This document shows positions 33,402 through 43,655 of a stretch of 51,188 nucleotides of DNA, in pieces. Under the pieces are notes generated by a model, which saw only the letters and a program-made list of their open reading frames with translations, ran no database searches and was not told the origin of the DNA. The DNA comes from Azolla caroliniana (Eukaryota > Plantae > Polypodiophyta), in the NCBI GenBank assembly GCA_043228905.1, contig JBHGNT010000216.1, forward strand, positions 1-51,188, read 5' to 3'. Within the stretch, counting starts at the first letter, position 1, and every line of letters starts with the position of its first letter. The position numbers and the translations under genes are program-made.

Positions 33402-33475
33402 GGGATGAAGGAAAAGGGAAATAAGAGACTAGTAGGAAAGGAGGGAGACAGAAGGAAGAGGGAGACTAGTAGACA

Positions 33476-33487
33476 AAATCGGTTCAA
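33476..33487 (-). promoter_or_regulatory. Self-priming PBS of G (complementary to LTR 33734-33745)
   Basis: No TGG start; perfect 12-nt complement to the sequence 33 nt downstream of the TATA start. Confidence 0.8.
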
Positions 33488-33489
33488 AC

Positions 33490-33618
33490 TGTCAGGAACT
33501 CTATTAAGGCAGAGAAGGAGTTAGTACTAAAAGAAGGATTAGTACTATTGTTGGGGAATAGTACTAAGACAGAGAAGGATTAGTACTATGAGAGGTGTCG
33601 AACTTTGAGAGAAGGAAT

Positions 33619-33664
<46 letters not shown>

Positions 33665-33954
33665 TGATGCGAAAGATATATGTATTATATGACGGAAGAT
33701 ATACAACAGTAGTTAGAAGGCTTAAGACTGGCGTTGAACCGATTTGGTTCGAACTAATGCCTTGCGCCTCCTTTTATAGTGTCTTCAGGAATACTCCTGA
33801 AGTTTCTAGAATGTTCCAGAGAAATCTGGAATATACATCAATTTCCCAATAAAACCTAAATGAAAATAATATCCTTCAAATTACAATTCATACCCTAATG
33901 GTAAAGTCTCGACCCGTGTAATAAAAGGTTATGGGTTCGAGTCTAGTTATGACA
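33490..33954 (-). repeat. Element G 5' LTR
   Basis: Direct repeat; TATAAAA on the minus strand at 33772-33778. Confidence 0.97.
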
Positions 33955-34167
33955 GCCACCTTCCGTGATTCCAAGATTGTTCTCAACAAGCTCTACTATT
34001 TAGTCGATTGGCTAGGATATAGTCCCAACGAGCATACTTGCGAACCAATAGAAAATGTGACCAATGCATGCTCATGCTCTTCTTGAAGACTTCCATAGTC
34101 AATAGCCAGACAAACCATCCTCAATCCAAAACGACTCGTGACACTCGTCATTTTGAAGGGAGAATAG
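33955..34167 (+). pseudogene. pol: Element A chromodomain remainder and PPT
   Basis: DSKIVLNKLYYLVDWLGYSPNE continues the frame interrupted by G. Confidence 0.88.
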
Positions 34168-34790
34168 TGTCATGATATGGCAAGACTCGAACCCATGAGC
34201 TTATGTTACATGGGTCAAGCTCTTGACCATTAGACTATATGTTGTAATACGAAGGATATTATTTTCATTTAAGTTCAACTATAGAAAATTGATGTATATT
34301 CCAAATTTCTTTGGAACATTCTAGAAACTTTAGGAGTACTCCTGAGAACACTATAAAAGGAGGCACAAGGCATTATTTCGAACCAAATTGGTTCAATGCT
34401 AGTCTTAAGCCTCCTAACTGGTATTGTATATTCTCTTCTTGAAGACTTCCATAGTCAATATTCAGACAAACCGTCCTCAATCCAAAACGACTCATGACAC
34501 TCGTCGTTTTGAAGGGAGATAGTGTCATGATATGGCAAGACTCGAACCCATGAACTTATGTTACATGGGTCAAGTTCTTGACCATTAGACTATATGTTGT
34601 AATACGAAGGATATTATTTTCATTTAAGTTTTACTATAGAAAAATTGATGTATATTCCAAATTTCTTTGGAACATTCTAGAAACTTTAGGAGTACTCCTG
34701 AGAACACTATAAAAGGAGGCACAAGGCATTATTTCGAACCAAATTGGTTCAATGCTAGTCTTAAGCTTCCTAGCTACTATTGTATATTCT
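34077..34790. repeat. 356-bp tandem duplication of the A pol end, PPT and U3 (extra partial LTR 34168-34432)
   Basis: 34077ff repeats at 34433ff with CTCTT microhomology. Confidence 0.88.
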
Positions 34791-34977
34791 CTTAATATAA
34801 TATATATCTTTTGTTATCATCATTCTCTCTCTCTTTCTTTCACTCTCACTCACTCTTTCCTTCTCTCGAGAGTTCTACACCTCCCTTAGTATTAATCCTC
34901 ATCTTTTAGTACTAATTCCTTCTTTGTCTTAGTACTGTTCCTAACAATACTTCTCTGTCCTAGTACTGTTCTTGAGA
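34523..34977 (+). repeat. Element A 3' LTR
   Basis: Homologous to 674-1123 and followed by the CCTAT TSD. Confidence 0.9.
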
Positions 34978-34982
34978 CCTAT

Positions 34983-35060
34983 CCATTATCCGTTCCGGAT
35001 ACCGATCCGTCTCCAGCTTATTCAACCGATCCAGATCTGGTTGAGCTTGTCCACTCAACA
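34983..35060 (-). repeat. Copia X 5' LTR, part 2 (U3 end)
   Basis: ggttgagcttgtccactcaaca resembles the Copia C LTR end ggttgagcttgccgctcaaca. Confidence 0.82.
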
Positions 35061-35315
35061 CTGTTTAATATGAAGATGAGAGAGTCGGACCCAACGACCT
35101 CCCTCATCAATACCTTCAGCCAAGTGTTTTCTGAACTCTCCTCCCAAGGGATCAACTTCAAGGAAGAAGTGAAAGCCCTTACCCCCCTATCGAGCTTGTT
35201 GGCGAGCTGGGAAGTTTTTTCTACATGACATTCACCAACAACTATCCAAATCTCAACTTGTACTAGAGAATTGGTCAAGTTCTCAAAGAGAACATGAAGA
35301 TCGAAGAATGATGAC
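35061..35315 (+). pseudogene. gag: Relic Copia gag (UBN2-type), probable basal host
   Basis: LFNMKMRESD...ELSSQGINFKEEVKAL...ASWEVF is similar to Copia D LYNLRMKESD...ISSQG...PSSWETF. Confidence 0.72.
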
Positions 35316-35770
35316 TGTTAGAGACATGAACTAATGTAAGCACAAAATAAGGATAAAAGATAGATCTAGATAGAAAGGAGAGAGAGAAAGAAGGGTGTCG
35401 ATCCACCCAACCACCCCCGAGCGAAGGGATCGAGACGGTATCGAGCCTCGATCGGCAACCCATACCACCGTCGTGGCGTCGAGTCGTACCTGGTGCTGGC
35501 GCGCTCGCTACAAGAGTTGACCCACCACAAGAAAAAGTCTCGACGTAGTCAACAAGATGATCAAATGAGGGTAGCTAGGCCTCTTATTTATAGCGATACC
35601 CAAGGCCCCTAGGCAAGTTCACACTTGGCCTAATGGGTTGTCTCAATCCCGAGGATTAAAAGTAATCCTCCCATTCTTGACACTCTCGTTTAACCCTCAC
35701 AATTATCCATGTATATAAAATACTACAGTAAATTCTCACCACGGGATATTATATGGTCATGCCCGTAACA
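35316..35770 (-). repeat. Element F 3' LTR
   Basis: Reverse complement is homologous to 20331-20788. Confidence 0.92.
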
Positions 35771-37723
35771 TACTCCCCCTCTTTAAAACATTGCACTCTT
35801 GCAATGGAAAGTTAGGGAATTTAGTTTTGAGAGTATTTTCACGTTCCCATGTGGCATCTTTTATTGATTTATCCATCCATTTTATTTTAAATTCTCGGAT
35901 TTCTTTACTACATAATTTTTTTGTTTTAACATCGAGAATTCTTTCTGGTACATGTGGTTTAGAAGATAATTCTTCAGAAGTAACCAGAGTTTCAGTTGTA
36001 ACTGTATTGTCGCCAGAACCTAGAAGTTCTTTTAGATGATTCACATGAAAAACTGGATGAATTTCAACACCATCGGGAAGACCGAGACGATAGGCTGATG
36101 CTCCAATGCGTTTGAGGATTGTAAAAGGTCCATAAAACCGTGGGGCTAACTTAGCGCACTTAGCCTTAGACAATACCTTAGAATTGTGAGGTACACATAA
36201 AAATACCTTTTGTCTAGGGTTGAATACACGAGGTTGCCTATGATAATCGGCATAAAAAAGCGCTCTATCTTGAGTAGTTTTTATATTATCTTGTGCAATG
36301 TGCAACATATCTTGCATATCCCGAAGAAAGTTTTGTGTACTTCGCAACTCATCATGATGTATATTAACATCAATCGGGGCTTGTGGCTGAAAACCATACA
36401 TCAACATAAAAGGACTATATCTCGTCAATGTATGCTTGGAGCTATTATAAGAAAACTCCAAAATTGGGAGATAACGTTCCCATTTTGTTGGTTTTGCACC
36501 AATGTATGCTCGAAGCATGTCCTCAATAATTTGATTTACTCGTTCTGTTTGTCCATCGGATTGAGGATGATCCGTGGAGCTCATGCTCAATGAAGTTTCT
36601 AACTTCTTGAAGACTTGTGTCTAGAAGTCACTAGTAAACTTTGGATCTCGATCACTCATGATATCCATCGGTAACCCATAAAAAAGAAATAACTCGTCAA
36701 TGAATTGGTAAGCCAATTCAGGAGTTGTTACCGTGGTTTTAGTAGCAATACATCTGGCCATTTTAGTTAGTCTATCAACCACAACCCAGATGGCATCATG
36801 GCCTTTTTGGGTGCGAGGAAGGCTAACAATAAAATCCATGGATATACTTTCCCAGTTATTATTAGGAATGTCCAAGGGATGTAAAACTCCTACGGCTTTA
36901 AGTCGCTCGGCTTTGTTAACCTGACATTGGTGACATTTAGTCACATAACTATGTATGTCAGGGCGCATCTTAGGCCAATAGAATTGAGTGGATATGAGAA
37001 CGAGTGTATGATGTATTCCAGGGTGCCCTGCTGAGGGTGCATCATGGCATTAAAAAAGAATTCTCTTTTTGACCTCAGGCAAATCTGGAACACAAAGCTT
37101 CCCATTATGGTAGAGCAGACCGTTAGCAATGTGGAAGTATTCCTTCAAGGATGTGGTGGTGTCTGTCCCAGACTCAACTCTTGCCAAGTATTTCGCAAAA
37201 TAACTGTCATCAGGATACTTTCCTCGAAGGTGATCATGAAGATCTGATGTTATTTTAGTGAAGCTAAGCATGTTAACTTCACGGATGCGACTTAGTCATC
37301 AATGACAGTGTTCATGGATTCTTTACGATATTGTATGGAAAAATCAAAGTCCTTGATGAGATCAGCCCATTGTACCTTACGACCTTTCAGGTCTTGTTGG
37401 TCACAAAAATATTTCAAGGACTCGTGGTCCGTAGTTACCACAAAGTGATTTCCATAAAGATAATGGCGCCATGTTTTGAGCGCATGTATAACTGCAAATA
37501 ATTCATTTTCTTGAATGGTATACCGACATTGAGGAGAATCAAGTTTCTTACTCTCGAATGCTATTGGTTTACCATCTTGATATAAGACAATACATATAGC
37601 ATAATCGCTTGCATTGGTTTCAACCTCAAAAGGTTTTGAAGGATCGGGCAAAAGAAGTGAAGGAGCCTTGCACACCAAGTCCTTGAGTTCCTTAAAGGCG
37701 AGGTCTAGTGTAGCATTCCAGAC
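35757..37723 (-). pseudogene. pol: Element F pol: RNase H, integrase, chromodomain
   Basis: HPQSDGQTER, KLAPRFYGPF, IHPVFHV and PERILD...IKW...DATWE motifs. Confidence 0.92.
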
Positions 37724-38413
37724 TATAGTATGAACCATGTGTACCATTCGTGCATTCGTGTTTGAGAATGATTCAATCATTCGAGAAGGGTAAACACCCT
37801 CGAAGAATGATAAATACCATACCTTTGGATAAATTATTTACTATAAGGTAAATATTTATTCAAGGTAAATTGTTTTTTAAAAATTGCAAAAAGAAAACAT
37901 TACCTTCTTAATAACAGAAATTACAACAAAATTAAAAAAATTATAGAGAAATTACAAAAATTATAGAAATTACAAAACAATTACAAAAATTACAATGAAA
38001 TTACAAAAAAATTATAGAAATTACAAAAAAATTACAGAAATTACAATGAAATTACAACAAAATTACAACAAAATTAGAGAAATTAGAGAAATTATAGAAA
38101 TTAGTGAAAAATTATAGAAAGTAATGGCCGGGAGAAGATGTGGTCACTGACTCACTATTGACTAGTGGGCACGATGCAATCAGCAGATCGTTCAAGGAAA
38201 AGGGGGAAAAGGGGAGGAGAGCAGAGTGTAACGTTGATGTGCAGAGGAAAAGGAGGGGATAGAGGGTAAAACCCCCCAAAAAAAGGTAAAAAAGGGACAA
38301 AAAGGAAAAAAAAAACAAAAAAAACACACGAATATTTGAATATCATTCGTGTTCATTTTCGGACGTAGGAAAACGAATGATATAGTAGACGAACAAGAAT
38401 CTTACGTACTATG
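37724..38413. mobile_element. Non-autonomous TIR DNA transposon (690 bp, 8-bp TSD; P-like or hAT)
   Basis: Ends TATAGTATG / CGTACTATG (reverse complement CATAGTACG); flanks TTCCAGAC (37716-37723) and TTCCAAAA (38414-38421). Absent from the homologous site in E (about 25655-25675). Confidence 0.75.
37918..38120. repeat. A-rich minisatellite (AAATTACA/AAATTATAG units)
   Basis: Directly visible degenerate tandem repeat. Confidence 0.85.
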
Positions 38414-38895
38414 TTCCAAAAAATAGGTTTTGTAGACTTATGCGTTTGACCTTTTAGAAGATCAGTAAATGGCATCGTCAATTGGGAGTAATGACGAAGG
38501 GATTTTCGCAAAAACCCGACAAAATGAAGGAATGATGGAACTTCTCGAATGTTTCGAAGAGTGGGTCAAAGCTTGATTTTCTTGATACGAGAAGGATCAA
38601 TTTTAACTCCTCGTTCGGTTATGAGATGTTCAAGATAAGTAATTGATTTCTTGAAGAACTCACATTTTGAGATCTTCGCATAAAACTATTTGTCACGCAA
38701 TGTTTGTAAAACAAAGTGGACATGTTTAGCATGTTCTTGTAATATACAGCTATAAACTAAAATATCATCGAAGAAAATAACAACAAATTTTCCAAGCTGT
38801 TCTCGGAAAATGTCATTCATTTCTTGTTAAAATGTAGCCGGAGCATTGGTCAAACCAAAAGGCATAACCAAAAACTCATAATGGCCATAGCGCGT
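38414..38895 (-). pseudogene. pol: Element F pol: RT C-part
   Basis: Reverse complement aligns with E 25190-25670. Confidence 0.88.
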
Positions 38896-39418
38896 TGTCA
38901 TAGTGTAATTTGCACACTACATGAAAAATTACATATTTGGTTTCTCCGGAGGATATGGAGTTCCCAGTGAGAACCGGAAGGAAGAACCGGTGAGGACCAA
39001 AACCGGTAAGAAGACCGGCAAGAGCCGGATGAAGAAGGCCGGTGAGAGTCGGTGAGAAACGGACGAAGAGGACCGGTAAGGAGGATCCGGTAAGAACCGG
39101 ATAAAGAAAACCGTTGAGAACCGGATGAAGCAGAACCGGCAAGAGCCGGATGAAGAAGGCCGGTGAGAGTCTCTCATCAGACGAAGAGACATATTTGTAA
39201 ATAGAAGAAAGTATAAAATTATATATTACATGCATAGGGCAAGATTCGAACCTTACACCTCCATGTTAATAATGTTAAGCCTTATCATTATACTAGCGTA
39301 TTATGAATTTTAAAGTTATACTAAACTTTATCCCATGTAAAGTTTCTAGACATGCATGGTACAAAAAGTTATTCATGCATAGACACTCGAGTTAAAAGAA
39401 AAGATGAGATAGAAAGCT
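38896..39418 (+). repeat. Element I 5' LTR (3'-truncated; CCGG-repeat block at 38945-39165)
   Basis: Start matches the reverse complement of the 12741 end of the B LTR. Confidence 0.82.
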
Positions 39419-39601
39419 TCTAGAGGACACGAATACTGAGAGTGGCCTCACCGAAACATGGGAAAGCGTGCGGGATATCATCGCGCGATACACAAAGAGG
39501 GGGCAATGGCTTGCCAACGAAGAAAATAGGGTTTTAGAACCGATTCGGAAACCGAGATCTGGATCGGAAGACCATCAACCGCGGGCTCGAGAAGCTGCCA
39601 C
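39419..39601 (+). pseudogene. gag: Element I gag fragment upstream of H
   Basis: LEDTNTESGLTETWESVRDIIARY...REAAT continues in frame at 45371. Confidence 0.7.
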
Positions 39602-39740
39602 TGTCAGGAACTCTATTAAGGCAGAGAAGGAATTAGTACTAAAAGAAGGATTAGTACTATTGTTGGGGAGTAGTACTAAGACAGAGAAGGATTAGTACTA
39701 TGAGAGGTGTCGAACTTTGAGAGAAGGAATGAGTGAGTGG

Positions 39741-39776
<36 letters not shown>

Positions 39777-40066
39777 TGATGCGAAAGATATATGTATTAT
39801 ATGACGGAAGATATACAACAGTAGTTAGAAGGCTTAAGACTGGCGTTGAACCGATTTGGTTCGAACTAATGCCTTGCGCCTCCTTTTATAGTGTCTTCAG
39901 GAATACTCCTGAAGTTTCTAGAATGTTCTAGAGAAATCTGGAATATACATCAATTTCCCAATAAAACCTAAATGAAAATAATATCCTTCAAATTACAATT
40001 CATAACCTAATGGTAAAGTCTCGACCCGTGTAACAAAAGGTTATGGGTTCGAGTCTAGCTATGACA
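39602..40066 (-). repeat. Element H 3' LTR
   Basis: Direct repeat of 44901-45365. Confidence 0.97.
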
Positions 40067-43000
40067 CTATCCCCCCTTTAAAACGACGAGTTTCACGAGT
40101 CGTTTTGGATTGAGGACCCGGTTTCTCGGGATATCGTCGATGGAAGTCTTCTAGAAGAGCACGAGCATTGGTCACATTCTCGATCGGTTCCCAAGTACGC
40201 TCGCTGGGACTATATCCTAGCCAATCGACTAGATAGTAGAGCTTGTTGCGAACAATCTTGGAATCGAGGATGGCAGCGACCTCATACTCAGGTCCATCTT
40301 CGAGCTCGATAGGAGGTGGAGGTTGTATAGTACGTCCTGGGATAGTGCTCTCGTGATAGGGTTCGAGGAGAGAACTATGAAACACCGGGTGTATCCGAAG
40401 TTGCGGAGGTAGCTCGAGACGAAAAGCGACATCATTAATCTTCCCGATAATACGGAAAGGACCTAATCGCCGATAATCCAACTTCTCACATGGGCGAGTA
40501 GTCTTGATGTGTCGTCGTAGCAGCCACACCCGATCTCCAATGTTAAAACTGGATGGAAGTCGATGACGATCTGCGTAGTCCTTGTGTGATTGTTGAGCTT
40601 GCTGGAGTTGAGTAGATAAATCCGCTTGTATCTTGCGTAACCGCTCCAAACGATCCTCCGCGCAAGGATTTGTGGACACTTCTGGGGTTTCAAGGACACA
40701 CCACCGGGGATGATATCCCGTATAAGCGTAGAATGGCGTGACTTTAGTCGATGCGTGGATAGCGTTATTATAGGCAAATTCGGCGAACTGAAGAATATCT
40801 GCCCAGTCATTCTGATGATAGTTGAGAAAGCACCGCAGATACTGCTCCAGTGTTTGATTTGTTCGTTCGGCTTGACCGTCGGTTTGTGGGTGGTAGCCGG
40901 AGGAGAGGTTACAAGTGACCTTCAGCATTTTAAAAAGGTGCTTCCAGAATTTTGACACAAACTGGGGTCCACGATCGCTGATGATATTATCAGGGAGTCC
41001 ATGATGCCGACATACTTCCCGCATGACAATTTCGGCGGTGTCTTCACTAGATATTTCTTTAGTACATGGTAAGAAATGAGCCATCTTCGTATATCGATCC
41101 ACCACTGTGAGAATCGCACTGAATCCCTTAGAGACTGGAAGATCTGTAATGAAGTCAAGAGCAATGGATTGCCATGGCTTGCTTGGAATTGGTAATGGTT
41201 CTAATAAACCATATGGATGATGTCTTGGCATTTTCGCTCTGCAGCATGTATCGCAAGTCCGAACAAAATCTTCGACAAATTGTCGCATACGGGGCCACCA
41301 GAATGATCGTTGTACTAAATCTAATGTTTTAGTACTACCAAAATGTCCTGCTGTATATGTGTCATGGCAGTTTTGTACTACTCGAAGGCGGCAAGAACCA
41401 TTAGGAACATACAAAAGTTCTTTAAAGAAGAGTAATCCATCACAGTATTTGAATTGCCGATAATCCGTACCTGGTGATTGTGATTGTGAACATGACGCTC
41501 GAGAGGGGTCAATTTGTGCTAGTATAGCTTGGGCGAAAGCGTCAGTCTTCAAGTCCTCACGTATAGTATTGGTAATGTCGGAATCCACGGGCATGTCAAA
41601 GACCTGTGCTGCTTGCAGTCGTGCTGGACCCAAGATTACTTGCTTCTGGTTATCGAAAGCTGGCTCACCGGGACGTGGTGTTAGATACGAACGCCGTGAT
41701 AATGCATCTGCCTTCCCTTGGTGCTTCCCCGGACGATATGTAATTTTGAAGTCGAAGCGTGTGAGGAAGTGGGCCCACCGAGCTTGACGTCGATTCAGTA
41801 CACGAGCATCTTGAAAGTAGGCAAGGTTCTTGTGGTCACTGAATACAGTGACCTGATGAGGAGATCCCTCCAGGAAATGCCTCCATTGCATAAAAGAATC
41901 AACTATTGCTAATAGCTCTTTATCATGAATTTCGTAGTTGATTTCGGCGGCGTCAAACTTACGGGAGTGGAAAGCCACAGGATGTAGCTTCTCGTCGTTA
42001 CCCTGTTGTGACAGAATGCTCCCCAATGCGAAATCCGATGCATCAGCTTCGATAATGAATGGTTTTTCCGGATCCACATGACCTAAAATTGGAGCTGATG
42101 TAAACGCCTTCTTAAGACTCTCGAAAGCCATGTCCGTCTCTTTAGACCAAATGAATGATTGTCCCTTCCTGGTGAGCTGTGTGAGAGGCAGCACAATTTT
42201 TGAGTAATTTTGTATGAACTTCCGGTAGAAATTTGCAAAGCCTAGGAAGCATTGCACATCCCGCACCGAACGCGGAGTGTGCCATTCTATCACCGTTTTG
42301 ACCTTGGCTGGGTCCATAGATATGCCTTCTGAGGAGATGACATAGCCGAGAAACTCCACTTGGTTGCACCCGAAACTACATTTCTCTAACTTTGCATATA
42401 GACCATGTTCTCGAAGTCGTTTTAGTACTAATAGTACATGAGAATCATGTTCTTCTTGGGTCTTTGAATAAACCAGTAGATCATCCAAATAGATGATCAA
42501 AAAATCATCCAAGAGATCTCGAAATATATCATTCGCCATGTGCTGGAAGACTGCCGGCGCATTAGTGAGTCCGAACGGCATGACCGTATACTCGAAGTGC
42601 CCATATCTGGTGCGAAACGCGGTCTTCCATTCATCTCCTGGTCGGATCCGTACGAGGTTATAGGCTCCTCGTAAGTCTATCTTCGTGAAGAACCTGGCAC
42701 CGTTGATCCGTTCTAAAAGACTTGAGATAAGGGGAAGAGCATACCTATTTCTTACTGTGACCTTATTCAAGCCACGGTAATCTACAACGAGTCGAAGCGA
42801 GCCATCTTTTTTCTTGACGAAGAAAATGGGTGCGCCGGCTGGAGATTTCGAATGCCGAATGAAACCGTTCTCCAAATTCTCCTCTATATAGGCTCGAAGG
42901 ACTTCTAGCTCGGTTGGTGACAAATTGTAGATCGGCCCCCATGGCGGCTCTTTTCCCGGTTGTAAGTCCATGGCGCAGTCGTACGGCCGATGATGAGGAA

Positions 43001-43616
43001 GTGTGTTGGCTTGTACTTTATCGAACACATCAGCATACTGACGATACTTCTCGGGAAGTTGAACGGTGGACTCCTCTTTGGTGGTGCTGGAGGGTTGTAC
43101 TGATATTGCAAAGAGAAACATTTCCTCCTTGCGCCCTTCCTCACGCAACTGACGTAGCGAAATGGTTGCAACCTTCTGGGTAGATCCTTGGGTTTGTCGC
43201 AGCCGGATTTCCCTTGTCCTCCAATCTATGTCTGGGTCATGTAACTCGAACCATGGTAATCCTAAAACTATGGGATGTTCTGGAATACTAATAATATTAA
43301 ATGATACTACACATGTTAAGTTATCTAGGACAATATTAACGGGTTCCGACTCTTCTATGATATTACCAGAAGCAATGGGACGACCATCAATGACTACTAC
43401 TGAGGCTGGACATGGGAGCTTTCTGAGAGATATCTGATGAGCTCGGGCAAAATTCCTATCCATGAAGCAAGAATTAGCTCCGGAATCTAGAAGGGCTAAG
43501 GTATGTACTGGAGGGGTACTTTTAGTACTAACTGCTACTTGGGCTACGAACACATCACTAACTTGCTTAGAGGGAATGGAACCACTAATGGGCTGCACAG
43601 ATCTAGGGCTGTCCAA
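40059..43616 (-). CDS. pol: Element H Pol (PR-RT-RH-IN-chromodomain)
   Basis: 1185 aa with all catalytic motifs; four amino-acid differences from G Pol seen. Confidence 0.97.
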   Translation of the reverse strand: MDSPRSVQPISGSIPSKQVSDVFVAQVAVSTKSTPPVHTLALLDSGANSCFMDRNFARAHQISLRKLPCPASVVVIDGRPIASGNIIEESEPVNIVLDNLTCVVSFNIISIPEHPIVLGLPWFELHDPDIDWRTREIRLRQTQGSTQKVATISLRQLREEGRKEEMFLFAISVQPSSTTKEESTVQLPEKYRQYADVFDKVQANTLPHHRPYDCAMDLQPGKEPPWGPIYNLSPTELEVLRAYIEENLENGFIRHSKSPAGAPIFFVKKKDGSLRLVVDYRGLNKVTVRNRYALPLISSLLERINGARFFTKIDLRGAYNLVRIRPGDEWKTAFRTRYGHFEYTVMPFGLTNAPAVFQHMANDIFRDLLDDFLIIYLDDLLVYSKTQEEHDSHVLLVLKRLREHGLYAKLEKCSFGCNQVEFLGYVISSEGISMDPAKVKTVIEWHTPRSVRDVQCFLGFANFYRKFIQNYSKIVLPLTQLTRKGQSFIWSKETDMAFESLKKAFTSAPILGHVDPEKPFIIEADASDFALGSILSQQGNDEKLHPVAFHSRKFDAAEINYEIHDKELLAIVDSFMQWRHFLEGSPHQVTVFSDHKNLAYFQDARVLNRRQARWAHFLTRFDFKITYRPGKHQGKADALSRRSYLTPRPGEPAFDNQKQVILGPARLQAAQVFDMPVDSDITNTIREDLKTDAFAQAILAQIDPSRASCSQSQSPGTDYRQFKYCDGLLFFKELLYVPNGSCRLRVVQNCHDTYTAGHFGSTKTLDLVQRSFWWPRMRQFVEDFVRTCDTCCRAKMPRHHPYGLLEPLPIPSKPWQSIALDFITDLPVSKGFSAILTVVDRYTKMAHFLPCTKEISSEDTAEIVMREVCRHHGLPDNIISDRGPQFVSKFWKHLFKMLKVTCNLSSGYHPQTDGQAERTNQTLEQYLRCFLNYHQNDWADILQFAEFAYNNAIHASTKVTPFYAYTGYHPRWCVLETPEVSTNPCAEDRLERLRKIQADLSTQLQQAQQSHKDYADRHRLPSSFNIGDRVWLLRRHIKTTRPCEKLDYRRLGPFRIIGKINDVAFRLELPPQLRIHPVFHSSLLEPYHESTIPGRTIQPPPPIELEDGPEYEVAAILDSKIVRNKLYYLVDWLGYSPSERTWEPIENVTNARALLEDFHRRYPEKPGPQSKTTRETRRFKGGIVS

Positions 43617-43655
43617 CCAAACGGCTCCTATTTTGGCTGGACTTAGTCGTTTAAC
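43604..43655 (-). promoter_or_regulatory. Predicted -1 frameshift signal of H
   Basis: Identical to 32193-32244. Confidence 0.8.

Larger units (their letters stand above)
28187..33954 (-). mobile_element. Element G: young full-length Tcn1-like chromovirus
   Basis: LTRs 28187-28655 and 33490-33954 differ by one substitution plus (GA)n length; TSD GCCAC; PPT 28656-28667; open gag and pol. Confidence 0.98.
674..34977 (+). mobile_element. Element A: decayed Ty3/Gypsy chromovirus (Tcn1-like), host of four nested insertions
   Basis: LTRs at 674-1123 and 34523-34977; TSD CCTAT at 669-673 and 34978-34982. Its gag-PR-RT-RH-IN-chromodomain pieces are colinear with intact copies G and H. Confidence 0.92.

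Noticed and set aside
37724-38413. Helitron interpretation of the 690-bp insert
   Set aside because: No TC...CTRR ends at an AT site; TIRs and an 8-bp duplication fit better.
38876-39235. 119-aa and 87-aa minus-strand ORFs
   Set aside because: They arise from the stop-poor CCGG repeat block in the LTR.
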